Origin: an uncultured delta proteobacterium
Lineage (GTDB): Bacteria; Desulfobacterota; Syntrophorhabdia; Syntrophorhabdales; WCHB1-27
NCBI GenBank assembly: GCA_963835595.1
Contig: CAWIGL010000003.1
Span: 509,620 to 573,619 of the forward strand
DNA length: 64,000 nt
Reading direction: 5' to 3'
Part shown: one piece after another, positions 32,080 through 41,562 of the stretch
Numbering within the stretch: position 1 is the stretch's first letter
Layout: each line of letters opens with the position of its first letter
Program-made: the position numbers and the translations under genes
The notes under the pieces: generated by a model
The model's input: only the letters and a program-made list of their open reading frames with translations
What the model was told of the DNA's origin: nothing
Database searches by the model: none

Positions 32080-32514
32080 ATGGCCAATGTAAAGGAGCTC
32101 CAGCAGCAGATCGTTTCCGGGATGAAGCGGTGGGAGGGGATCGAGGATGCAGCCCTCGCCTCCGCGTCGAGCATCATCGAAAAGACGGGAAACCCCTTTA
32201 TCCGGCTCGTCATGGAGACCATACGGCGCGACACCGAGATGCACCATACCGTGCAGGAATGGATCGCCCGCAGCATAGCGGACGACGCGGCAGCCCTCAC
32301 GTACGAAGAGATGGACCTCATATGGAAGCAGGTCGAGCGCCATATGGAGATGGAGCGGCAGATGGCGGCTATGGTGAGCGAGATGCTCGCCGAAGTCGCC
32401 GCCAAGCGCATGGTGATGCAGGAATACCTCCTTAATTTCCTCCTGGAGGACGAGACGAAGCATGCCCATCTTCTGGAGCGCCTCGAGAAGATAAAGATGG
32501 GCCTGCTCCCCTAA
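32080..32514 (+). CDS. Hypothetical helical protein (possibly a ferritin-like four-helix bundle)
   Basis: Good RBS (AAGGGAGGG) before ATG 32080. The sequence is E/H-rich with a helical pattern (RRDTEMHHTVQEW..., LEDETKHAHLLERL). The function was not recognised. Confidence 0.5.
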   Translation: MANVKELQQQIVSGMKRWEGIEDAALASASSIIEKTGNPFIRLVMETIRRDTEMHHTVQEWIARSIADDAAALTYEEMDLIWKQVERHMEMERQMAAMVSEMLAEVAAKRMVMQEYLLNFLLEDETKHAHLLERLEKIKMGLLP

Positions 32515-32737
32515 AGACCGCCGGGAAGGCGCAAGGCGCGGCCCCTGTGAAGACCGCCGGGGCCATGCGCGCCCCTGCCCTCTCGGGCGGTATCATTGCC
32601 GGGCGCGTTCAGCGGCCTCTTGAAACGGGACCGGGCGATGCCCCAAAGAGGCCGGAAAAAAGAAGACTGGAAAAAGTGAAGGGAAAGCCTGTATAATAAA
32701 AAGTCGTCCGACCGGCGTCCCGGCTTGCGAGCTCAAT

Positions 32738-32809
32738 GCCGACGTAGCTCAGTGGTAGAGCAAGTGATTCGTAATCACTAGGTCCGGGGTTCAAATCCCC
32801 GCGTCGGCT
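32738..32809 (+). tRNA. tRNA-Thr (anticodon CGT)
   Basis: Acceptor GCCGACG/CGTCGGC, D arm GCTC-AGTGGTA-GAGC, anticodon arm AGTGA-TTCGTAA-TCACT, T arm CGGGG-TTCAAAT-CCCCG. Confidence 0.9.
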
Positions 32810-32902
32810 TTATTGTTTTGCTGTTATTTCAACATGTATAATTTCGACCCCTCTCTAAAAACTGAGGCAAGGCGATGTGAAACTACGAAGGGGGAGATGC
32901 AC

Positions 32903-33940
32903 ATGAAAAGAACTAACGCCAAACATAGGTGGTTAGCGATATTCGCCGGCCTGGTATTCATGGCGAATGCGCCACTCACCGCCCGCGCGGTGGACTGTGC
33001 CCAACTTCCGCCACCCTATGATGGACCGATTTTCGATGCCAATGTGCAGACGTGGACAGCCAATTTGCAGGGATTGCCGGCGTTGGCCCCGCGCGCTGGA
33101 GTCAAGCGTCTGGCGCTCTTCGCCAACGCTAAGGCTGGTGGCACGGAAAGCGTCGCGGCGGTGCTGGCAGCGGCACGGGAGCATCCCAACCTGATCGTGC
33201 CTGGTGCGCCGAAGATCGGTTTCATTTCCGGCGGCGACCTGCCGGCCGATTTCGTGACTGCCACTCTGTCCGGCATCGCGAAAGGCACATACAAATTCGT
33301 CGGCGAGATACTCTACAGGCATGGCGACAAGCCGGATCATCACCCGACCCGGCTAGGACAGGTCTACGTCGATCCTCTGGCGCCGGGGACGGCGCGTCTG
33401 CTCGAGGGACTTAAGGGTCGTAACGCTCCGCTGCTGACCCACTGGGAAGCCTGGGCGTGGGACCAAGATCGCTCCCGCTTCGATCGCCTCTATTCGAGCT
33501 GGCCGCAACAGTGTTTCGTCCTGCCAAGCCTTGCCTATGGATCGCCGGAAAAGGCGGATGCCATCCTCTCGGCGCACCAAAATCTCTGGGGTACTATCTC
33601 GCGCCTGGTAGACGGGCGCTACAAGTTCGTCGATCCGGCCAAGGCGGCGAAGCTCGGTCCGGTGATGTTCGATTCCTGCGGCGCGCTCACGGCGGAGTGG
33701 CGTGCGGTGCTGATTAAGCACGCTGACCGCCTTATGTACGGCTCGGACGATTACTCGACTCAGCGCGGCGGCTGGGAGAATTACCCGCGCATCATCGCTA
33801 AATATCGCAAGATCGCCGGCCAATTGCCTCGCGACGTCGCGCGGAAGATCTCGTGGGATAACGCCGCCGCGGTTTATGATCGGGAACGCGCTGATGAAGG
33901 GGTTACGCACAGCGGTTCGACGGGGAAGAGCATATATTGA
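32903..33940 (+). CDS. Secreted amidohydrolase-2-family (TIM-barrel metal hydrolase-like) protein
   Basis: Signal peptide MKRTNAKHRWLAIFAGLVFMANAPLTARA. The C-terminal pattern LMYGSDDY...KISWDNAAAVY is typical of the PF04909-type fold. The assignment is tentative. Confidence 0.55.
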   Translation: MKRTNAKHRWLAIFAGLVFMANAPLTARAVDCAQLPPPYDGPIFDANVQTWTANLQGLPALAPRAGVKRLALFANAKAGGTESVAAVLAAAREHPNLIVPGAPKIGFISGGDLPADFVTATLSGIAKGTYKFVGEILYRHGDKPDHHPTRLGQVYVDPLAPGTARLLEGLKGRNAPLLTHWEAWAWDQDRSRFDRLYSSWPQQCFVLPSLAYGSPEKADAILSAHQNLWGTISRLVDGRYKFVDPAKAAKLGPVMFDSCGALTAEWRAVLIKHADRLMYGSDDYSTQRGGWENYPRIIAKYRKIAGQLPRDVARKISWDNAAAVYDRERADEGVTHSGSTGKSIY

Positions 33941-34055
33941 TACGGGAGGGTAACCGGCTTTCTTTTCGCAATGCTGCACCGGCACCCCCTTATCTGCACC
34001 ATTTTGCTTTTGTCTATTCGACCGGTCCGACTTATAATAAAATAGAAGCTATAGG

Positions 34056-36158
34056 TTGCCCTGCGCCCTGAGTGCGGAGGAGTTAATGCCCACCGACCCG
34101 ACAAACGTTCACGCTCTTCGTCGAAGGGCGGAAAAGGTGCTGCGTGAGGCCCCGGAGAAGCTGGCCGCCATGTCCGGGACAGACCTCCAGAAGCTCGTTC
34201 ATGAACTCTCGGTCTATCAAATTGAGCTTGAGATGCAGAACGAGGAACTCCGCAGAGCCCAGGAGCAGCTGGAAGAGGCGCGCAGTCAATATGCCGACCT
34301 CTATGATTTCGCCCCGGTCGGTTATCTGACCTTCAACAAGATGGAGCTCGTCACCAGGGCAAACCTCACCGCGTGCGGCCTCCTCCACGTTGAAAGAAGC
34401 CTCCTCGTCAGAAAGGCTTTTACCCTTTTCATCCATCCCGAGTCCCAGGAACTCTTCTACCTCCACAAAAAGAAAGTACTGGAGACAACGACTACGCAGA
34501 CCTGCCAGCTCGTGCTGAAAAGAAAAGACGGGACCTTGTTCGATGCCCAACTGGAGAGCATTGCCGCACAGGCTGAGGGGACCACCGTTATCCGCACCGT
34601 CCTCACCGACATCACCGAGCGCAAACAAGCCGAGAAGGCGCTGCACGAATCTGAAAAGCGGTACCGCACGCTATTCAATGCAATCGACGAAGGCTTCTGC
34701 ATCATCCAAATGATTTTCGACGACAACGAAAAACCGATTGACTATCGCTTTCTGGAAGTCAACGCGGCGTTCGAGAAACAGACGGGGCTCATCGACGCCC
34801 AAGGCAAGAGAATGCGCGAGCTTGCCCCGGAGCACGAAGGGTACTGGTTTGAAATCTACGGGAGAATTGCTCTCACGGGGCAACCGGTTCGCTTTGAGAA
34901 TCGCGCCGAACAACTGCACCGCTGGCATGACGTGTACGCCTTCAGATATGGTCAACCGAAAAACCGCCAGGTCGCAATTCTTTTTCACGACATCACCGAG
35001 CAGAAGCGCGTAGAGGCCCAGCTCCGCCAGGCACAAAAAATGGAGGCCATAGGCACGCTCACGGGAGGCATTGCCCACGATTTCAACAATATCTTAGCCG
35101 CCGTCATCGGGTTCACGCAACTCGTAGAAAGCCACGTCCCTAAAGAGAGCAGGGAGGCGCATCACCTGAAGAGGATCATGGAGTCTTCCCTGCGAGGCCG
35201 GGAGCTGATTAAACAAATGCTCACCTACAGCAGTATGAGCGAGCGGGAGAAGAAACCCCTGCGTTTGGCCAACATCGTCAAGGAGACCGTGAAACTCCTT
35301 CGGGCGACCACGCCGACGACGATCATCATCAAGGTCGACACCTTGGGTGAATCCGGCGTGATCCTCGCAGACCCTACACAGATGCAGCAGGTCGTCATAA
35401 ATCTCTGCACAAACGCCGCGCACGCTATGCGGGAGAAGGGCGGGACTCTCGACATCCGACTGGACAACTACCAGGTTCCTCCGTCGGGTGGAAACCCCCA
35501 CGGGATCAAGCCCGGCCTTTATACAAGACTGACCGTTCGCGACACGGGCGCCGGCGTGTCTCCCGACATCATGGAGAAAATATTCGACCCCTTCTTTACC
35601 ACGAAGAAACTCGGAGAGGGAACCGGATTGGGTCTCTCGGTCGTCTGCGGCATCGTGAAACAATCCAACGGGTATGTTGCAGTTGAGAGCGAACCCGGCA
35701 GAGGGTCTGCTTTCACCGTATATTTCCCTCAGATTGCAACCACTGGAGGGCCGGAAGCCGATGCGCTCAATGACGATGAGATTCCCACAGGCTCCGAGCG
35801 TATCCTCTTCGTCGACGACGAAGAAGCCCTCATGGAGATGGGTGAAGACCTCCTCACCGAACTCGGCTACGAGGTGACATCCCGCATGAGCAGCAAGGAA
35901 GCCCTTTCCCTCTTCGCGGCGGACCCATCCCGATTCGATCTTGTCATTACCGACCAAACCATGCCGGAAATGACAGGCGTCGAGCTTGCGAAAGAGGTTC
36001 TCGCAATCAGGGCGGACATGCCCATCATCATGTGTACGGGTTTCAGTTATCTCGTCGATGAGGACAAAGCCAAGGCGGCGGAAATCAAAGCTTTTGCGAT
36101 GAAGCCACTAACGAAAAACGAGATTGCGAAGACGATCAGGAAAGTGCTGGAGAAGTAG
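34056..36158 (+). CDS. Hybrid sensor histidine kinase (coiled coil, 2 PAS, HisKA, HATPase, receiver)
   Basis: PAS blocks each end in DITERK/DITEQK. H-box GGIAHDFNNIL, N-box NLCTNAAHAM, G-boxes DTGAGV and GTGLGLS, receiver ILFVDDEE...DLVITDQTMPEMTG...AMKP. Confidence 0.9.
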   Translation: MPCALSAEELMPTDPTNVHALRRRAEKVLREAPEKLAAMSGTDLQKLVHELSVYQIELEMQNEELRRAQEQLEEARSQYADLYDFAPVGYLTFNKMELVTRANLTACGLLHVERSLLVRKAFTLFIHPESQELFYLHKKKVLETTTTQTCQLVLKRKDGTLFDAQLESIAAQAEGTTVIRTVLTDITERKQAEKALHESEKRYRTLFNAIDEGFCIIQMIFDDNEKPIDYRFLEVNAAFEKQTGLIDAQGKRMRELAPEHEGYWFEIYGRIALTGQPVRFENRAEQLHRWHDVYAFRYGQPKNRQVAILFHDITEQKRVEAQLRQAQKMEAIGTLTGGIAHDFNNILAAVIGFTQLVESHVPKESREAHHLKRIMESSLRGRELIKQMLTYSSMSEREKKPLRLANIVKETVKLLRATTPTTIIIKVDTLGESGVILADPTQMQQVVINLCTNAAHAMREKGGTLDIRLDNYQVPPSGGNPHGIKPGLYTRLTVRDTGAGVSPDIMEKIFDPFFTTKKLGEGTGLGLSVVCGIVKQSNGYVAVESEPGRGSAFTVYFPQIATTGGPEADALNDDEIPTGSERILFVDDEEALMEMGEDLLTELGYEVTSRMSSKEALSLFAADPSRFDLVITDQTMPEMTGVELAKEVLAIRADMPIIMCTGFSYLVDEDKAKAAEIKAFAMKPLTKNEIAKTIRKVLEK

Positions 36159-36189
36159 GAATCTCTGTTATTTTCTCTTTTATTTTCGC

Positions 36190-36249
36190 TTGACAATCTA
36201 CTACGTCCGTATGTACCATTGATTAATATATAAAAACTAGGTTTATATA
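36190..36249 (+). promoter_or_regulatory. Candidate promoter plus palindromic operator upstream of the CoA-ligase gene
   Basis: TTGACA (36190-36195), 18 nt, TACCAT (36214-36219), then the inverted repeat TATATAAA-N7-TTTATATA at 36227-36249. Confidence 0.3.
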
Positions 36250-36281
36250 CGCAAACCAGCCTATGGAACGGGAGGTACGCG

Positions 36282-37860
36282 ATGGGCGGCATATGCGTTC
36301 ATATCGGTGAGATGCTGGCGCGGAACGCGCGAATGTATCCGAACGACGTGGCCCTCGTCGAAAGGATACCCGCGGAGGGGAAACGCAAAGAGATCACGTG
36401 GAAGGAATTCGACGACCGCGCCAACAGATTCTCCAGGGTACTCTCGGAAAAGGGCATCAGGAAGGGCGACAAGGTCGTCCATTTCATGAACAATTCGATA
36501 GAGTGGCTTGCCGCCTATTTCGGCATAGTCAGAACGGGCGCCTGGGCGGTTCCTCTCAATTTTCGCTTTACCGCCGATGATCTGAGGTATTGCGCAGACG
36601 TCGCGGAGCCTAGCCTGATGGTCTTCGACGAGGAGTTCTCACCCAGGGTCGCAGCAGTCAAGGATCAATTGTCCGTCCGGGATTATATCTGCCTGGGCGA
36701 TAATATCCCGGACTACGCCGAAAATTTTTCAGAGCTTGTAAACGGCGCCTCCCCTGCGCCTTTGGGCACGGAGCTGGGCCACGACGATGTCTGCGGCCTC
36801 TACTTTACCTCGGGGACGACGGGCCAGCCGAAACCGATACTCCTTACCCACAAGAATATGATATCGGCCTGCATCACGGAACATGCCCACCACCATCAGA
36901 CCAGGAAAGACATCTTTATCCTCATCCCACCCCTCTACCATACGGGCGCCAAGATGCATTGGTTCGGCAGCCTTATCGTGGGTGGGTCGGCGGTGATCCT
37001 CAGGGGCGTCTCCCCTGAATGGGTCCTTGAGGCAGTGAGCGAGGAAGGGGGAACGATTGTCTGGCTCCTCGTCCCCTGGGCGCAGGACGTTCTGCTGAAG
37101 CTCGACTCCGGTGCGCTCAAGCCGGAGAACTACAAGCTCGGCCAGTGGAGGCTGATGCACATAGGCGCCCAGCCCGTCCCTCCGAGCCTTATCCTGCATT
37201 GGAGGGATTACTTCCCGAGCATGGAGTTTGACAATAACATGGGCCTCAGCGAGGCTACCGGGCCAGGGTGCGTCCACCTGGGGATCGAGAACCGGCATAA
37301 GGTCGGGGCTATCGGCGTGCCGGGGTTCAACTGGGAGGCGCGGGTCGTCGATGAGAACGGCAGCGACGCGCCCGTCGGGCAGAACGGGGAGCTTATCGTC
37401 CGTGGCGACGGGGTTATGCGGGAGTACTACAAGAACCCCGAGGCGACGTCGAAGACGCTCAGGGACGGTTGGCTCTTCACCGGAGATATGGTCCGGTGCG
37501 ACGAAGACGGGTTCCTCTGGATCGTCGACAGAAAGAAGGACGTGATCATAACGGGCGGGGAGAATGTCTTTCCCGTGGAAGTGGAAGATTTTATCCATAC
37601 CAATCCGAACGTAAAGGATGCCGCAGTCATCGGCTTGCCCGACGAGAGGCTCGGTGAGATCGTAGCCGCCATCATAGAAGTGATACCCGGCAAGACGGTC
37701 ACGGAGGAAGAGATTCTCAAGTTCCTGGAACCCCTCCCCCGGTACAAACGACCGAGGAAAGATCTTCTTTGGCGAAATCCCCCGGAACCCTACCGGCAAG
37801 ATCGAAAAGCCGAAGCTCAGAAAAAAATACGCAGGCAGGGAGGAGGCATTCAAGGCCTAG
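36282..37860 (+). CDS. AMP-forming acyl/aryl-CoA synthetase; one frameshift at about 37760
   Basis: YFTSGTTGQPKPI, YHTG, FTGDMV, DRKKDVIITGGENVFP. The true tail RK|IFFGEIPRNPTGKIEKPKLRKKYAGREEAFKA* is recovered in a shifted frame. Confidence 0.85.
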
Positions 37861-37916
37861 CGAGGCGGCTGAAGGAAGTCCTGGAGCGCGCGTGAGGCCG
37901 CAGGAGGCAGTAAGGC

Positions 37917-38726
37917 ATGGCGGTAGTCAAATCGGCGGACAGGGTCGTGCAGATACTTGAGGCGATAGCCTCCAAGGATGGGGGCCTGGCCAACAGCGAG
38001 CTTTCGACGATGCTGGGCATTCCGAAGGGCAGCCTCTCGTTCCTCCTTTCCAACCTTGTCGAGCGCGACTACCTGTCCTTCAATCCCCAGCGAAAGCTTT
38101 ACAACCTCGGAGCAGGGCTGCTCGTTCTCGTCGGCCGGTATCTGAACAACCTCGATATCGTGCGGGTGGGGCGTCAGATCGTCCGCAGACTCGTCCGGGA
38201 ATTGAATGAGGATGTCGAGATCGTCGTCAGAAGGGGGGACCAGATGCTCTTCCTCTATAAGGACGAATCGCAGAGACCCGTCAAGTACTCCATCGCGGCC
38301 GGCGGCCTCGGCCCCCTCTACGCGATATCGGCGGGAAAATGCATCCTCGCCTTCATGCCTGAGGAGGAGGCCGGCGCATATCTCGACCGTGTAGCGCTTT
38401 CCCCCATTACGGAGGAGACTATCACCGACAAGAACGTCCTGAAGCGCGAGCTTGAGGCGATACGCTCTAGCTGGCTGGCGTACGGGCGGCAGGAATACTA
38501 CGACAACGTCTGCGGGATCGCCGCCCCGGTGCTCGACATTCACGGCGCTATCGCGGGCGCGGTTGTGGTCACTATGGAGGCCGCCCGCTTCAACCCGGAG
38601 CACAGGGCTTTTATCGAGCCCAGGCTGCGCGATGCAGCCTCAAGGCTCTCCCGCCGGCTCGGCTTCGGGGGCCCATACGGCGGCCCCGCCGTTCGAAAAG
38701 CCGCTCGATCGAAAAAGGAGGACTGA
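37917..38726 (+). CDS. IclR-family transcriptional regulator
   Basis: VKSADRVVQILEAIA...NSELSTMLGIPKGSLSFLLSNL wHTH plus an IclR effector domain. Confidence 0.85.
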   Translation: MAVVKSADRVVQILEAIASKDGGLANSELSTMLGIPKGSLSFLLSNLVERDYLSFNPQRKLYNLGAGLLVLVGRYLNNLDIVRVGRQIVRRLVRELNEDVEIVVRRGDQMLFLYKDESQRPVKYSIAAGGLGPLYAISAGKCILAFMPEEEAGAYLDRVALSPITEETITDKNVLKRELEAIRSSWLAYGRQEYYDNVCGIAAPVLDIHGAIAGAVVVTMEAARFNPEHRAFIEPRLRDAASRLSRRLGFGGPYGGPAVRKAARSKKED

Positions 38727-38729
38727 GCG

Positions 38730-39260
38730 ATGGGAACGATGAAAGACAGCAAAAAAACATCCGGCCGGGCGCCTTCCATCACCCTGACCGTCAACGACCG
38801 ACGGTACGAGCTGGAGGTCGGACAGGGCGAGGGGGAGTTGCAAGTCTCGGACACGCTGACCCATACCCTCAGGGAGACGCTGGGCCTGACGGGCACCAAG
38901 CTCTCGTGCGACAACGGCGCGTGCGGGTGCTGCACCGTCCTCATAAACGGGAAGGCCAGGCTCTCCTGCATGACGCTCACGGTCGAGTGCGACGGAAAGG
39001 AGATAAGGACCATCGAAGGGCTGAGGGACCCCGTAACGGGCAGTCTCGACCCCATTCAGCAGGCATTCGTAGATCATACGGCGTTTCAGTGCGGGTATTG
39101 CACGCCGGGCATGATTATGAGCGCAAAGGCCCTCCTCAACGACAACCCCCGACCGACGGAGGACGAGGTGAAAGAGGCTTTGTCCGGCAATTTCTGCCGG
39201 TGCATCAGCCACTACCATGTGGTCAGGGCCGTCCTCGCAGCGTCGGAGAACGTGAGGTGA
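38730..39260 (+). CDS. Xanthine-dehydrogenase-family enzyme, [2Fe-2S] small subunit
   Basis: CDNGACGCCTVLINGKA..SC and CGYCTPGMIMSA...GNFCRC motifs. RBS AAGGAGG. Confidence 0.9.
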   Translation: MGTMKDSKKTSGRAPSITLTVNDRRYELEVGQGEGELQVSDTLTHTLRETLGLTGTKLSCDNGACGCCTVLINGKARLSCMTLTVECDGKEIRTIEGLRDPVTGSLDPIQQAFVDHTAFQCGYCTPGMIMSAKALLNDNPRPTEDEVKEALSGNFCRCISHYHVVRAVLAASENVR

Positions 39261-39264
39261 TAAA

Positions 39265-41562
39265 ATGGCCGACAAGTACCGATACATAGGCAAGGCTTCA
39301 CCCAGAAAAGACGCCGTTGACATCGTCACGGGGGCAACCAGGTTCCTCGACGACAACAAGCAGATCAAGTTTCCCGACCTCCTCCACGCAAAGGTGCTCC
39401 GCAGCCCCCACCCCCATGCGCTTATAAAGAAGATCGACTGTAGCAAGGCGCGGGGATTGAAGGGCGTCAAGGCGGTGCTTACCTGGGAAGACGTCCCCGA
39501 TTGGAAGGGGGGCACGCCCAGGGTGCTTCGCATCCTCGACCGCAAGGTCCGGTTCGTCGGCGATGCGGTCGCCCTTGTGGCGGCCGTCAGCGAGAGGATA
39601 GCCAAGGAGGCCCTTCGTCTTATCGACGTGGAATACGAGGTCCTTCCGGCGGTCTTCGACGTCGATGACGCCCTCAAGCCCGGCGCCCCCCAGTTGCATG
39701 ACGACCTTCCGGGCAATATCGCCACGCCGGGGTCGGGCATTCTCGGCCCGAAGGGGCTGACGCAAGTGGTCATGGGGGACGTGAAGAAAGGTTTTGAAGA
39801 GGCCGACGTCATAACCGAAGGGACCTTCGGGTACGAGAAGACGCCGAACCCTATCCCGCCGGAGCCTCCGGGCGTCGTTGCCCTCTGGGAGGATCCGAAC
39901 AAGGCCACCTTCTGGGTCGCAAATCAGTCGCCCTACCTCGACAAGATCGCACTCTACCACAATTTCGGCAGAAAGATAGACGTGAGGATTCACGGGGGTC
40001 CGTGCGGAGGGAGCTACGGATCGCGGACCATGTCCTGGCAGATGCAGACATACGCGCTACTGCTGAGCAAGGCCACGGGCAGGCCCGTGAAGCTCATCCT
40101 GACCAAAGAGGAGCACCTGGCCACGTTCACGCTCAGGCTCGGCTCCCGTATGCGCGCAAAGGTAGGCATGAAAAAAGACGGGACCGTGACGGCGATATCG
40201 GGCACGTGGCTCGTCGGGACGGGGTACTACTCCTTCAGCACCCAGTTTATGGTCGGGGTCGGGGCCGGTGAAGCCCAGTTGATGGTCCGATGCCCGAACT
40301 GGGACCTGAAGCCCATCATCGTCTGCACCAACCGCAACGCCTCCGGGCCGGTCCGAGGCTTCGGCGGCCAGGAGCTCAAATGCGCCCTTATCCCCCTCCT
40401 CTGTCTCGCTATGGAGAAGGCGGGCGTCGATCCCCTCGAATTCTTCAAGAAGAACTTTGCCAGGCCCGGCGACGGGTACTTCTGGAGGGACGGCATCTGG
40501 TATACCTACAGGGGGGCGGAGTATTGGAGGGCGATGGTGAAAGGGGCCGAGCGTTTCGGATGGAAGGAGAAATGGAAAGGGTGGCTCAAGCCCAGCTCGG
40601 TGGACGGCGCGAAGCGCAGGGGCGTAGGGGTCGGCATCCACGGAAATGCAGACGTGGGCGAGGATTCATCGGAGGCGCATATCTACCTTCGGCCGGATGG
40701 AACGGTGCTTGTTAATTCGAACCTTACGGAGCACGGAACAGGGCAGTGGAGCAACCTGCACAAGATGGTGGCCGAAGTGCTGCAAGTGCCCCTGGACCGC
40801 GTAACGGTCACTCCGTCGGACACGCTCTTCAACCCTTACGAGTTCGGACCGTCGGGGTCAAGGGGTACATACGCAATCGGCAGCGCATTCATAAACGCGG
40901 CCGAAGACGCCAGGAAGAAACTCCTCGAGATCTTTGCCCCCATGCTCAACGAAGACCCGCAGGGCCTGGACACGGTCGACGGGATGGTCTTCAGGAAGAA
41001 TAACCCGGACAAGAAGATACCGTGGCGCGCGATGGGCTTCGACCGGACCGTGACCGGGATAGGGCGCTTCGAGCCTGATTACACCATGTCCAACTGCATG
41101 ACGACCTTTGTCGAGGCGGAGGTCGATACCGAGACCGGTAAGGTGGACCTGGTGCGCGTCGTCAATGCAACCGACGTGGGCCAGATCATAAACCCGCAGG
41201 CCCTCGAAGGCCAGCTCAACGGGTGCCTGGGGTCGGCGGGCCTCGACAGCGCCCTCTTCGAGGAAACGGTCCTCGACCCTTCGACCGGACGTATGCTCAA
41301 CGCCAACATGATCGACTACAAGTGGCGCACCTCCTCGGAGCTGCCCCCGATAGAGAACGTGGTCCTTGAGACGCCTTTTCCGACCCACCGCTTCGGAGCG
41401 ATAGGGGTCGGGGAAGTTGCGACGGCGCCGGGGCCTATAGCAGTCCTCATCGCCGTCTCGAACGCCATCGGCACGTGGGTGCACGAGTACCCCCTTACAC
41501 CGGACAAGATTCTCAGGGCCCTCGGGAAGTTGCCGCCCGTCCGTCAAGGAGGTGTCTCATGA
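39265..41562 (+). CDS. Xanthine-dehydrogenase / aldehyde-oxidase-family molybdopterin-binding large subunit
   Basis: 765 aa with an a/b-hammerhead N-terminus (YIGKASPRKDAVDIVTGATRFLDD...AKVLRSPHPHA.IKKID) and C-terminal GAIGVGE. Confidence 0.9.
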   Translation: MADKYRYIGKASPRKDAVDIVTGATRFLDDNKQIKFPDLLHAKVLRSPHPHALIKKIDCSKARGLKGVKAVLTWEDVPDWKGGTPRVLRILDRKVRFVGDAVALVAAVSERIAKEALRLIDVEYEVLPAVFDVDDALKPGAPQLHDDLPGNIATPGSGILGPKGLTQVVMGDVKKGFEEADVITEGTFGYEKTPNPIPPEPPGVVALWEDPNKATFWVANQSPYLDKIALYHNFGRKIDVRIHGGPCGGSYGSRTMSWQMQTYALLLSKATGRPVKLILTKEEHLATFTLRLGSRMRAKVGMKKDGTVTAISGTWLVGTGYYSFSTQFMVGVGAGEAQLMVRCPNWDLKPIIVCTNRNASGPVRGFGGQELKCALIPLLCLAMEKAGVDPLEFFKKNFARPGDGYFWRDGIWYTYRGAEYWRAMVKGAERFGWKEKWKGWLKPSSVDGAKRRGVGVGIHGNADVGEDSSEAHIYLRPDGTVLVNSNLTEHGTGQWSNLHKMVAEVLQVPLDRVTVTPSDTLFNPYEFGPSGSRGTYAIGSAFINAAEDARKKLLEIFAPMLNEDPQGLDTVDGMVFRKNNPDKKIPWRAMGFDRTVTGIGRFEPDYTMSNCMTTFVEAEVDTETGKVDLVRVVNATDVGQIINPQALEGQLNGCLGSAGLDSALFEETVLDPSTGRMLNANMIDYKWRTSSELPPIENVVLETPFPTHRFGAIGVGEVATAPGPIAVLIAVSNAIGTWVHEYPLTPDKILRALGKLPPVRQGGVS

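Noticed and set aside
32738-36158. tRNA-Thr as the integration site of a genomic island (amidohydrolase plus hybrid kinase downstream)
   Set aside because: I could find no integrase, no direct repeat of the tRNA 3' end and no clear compositional break.
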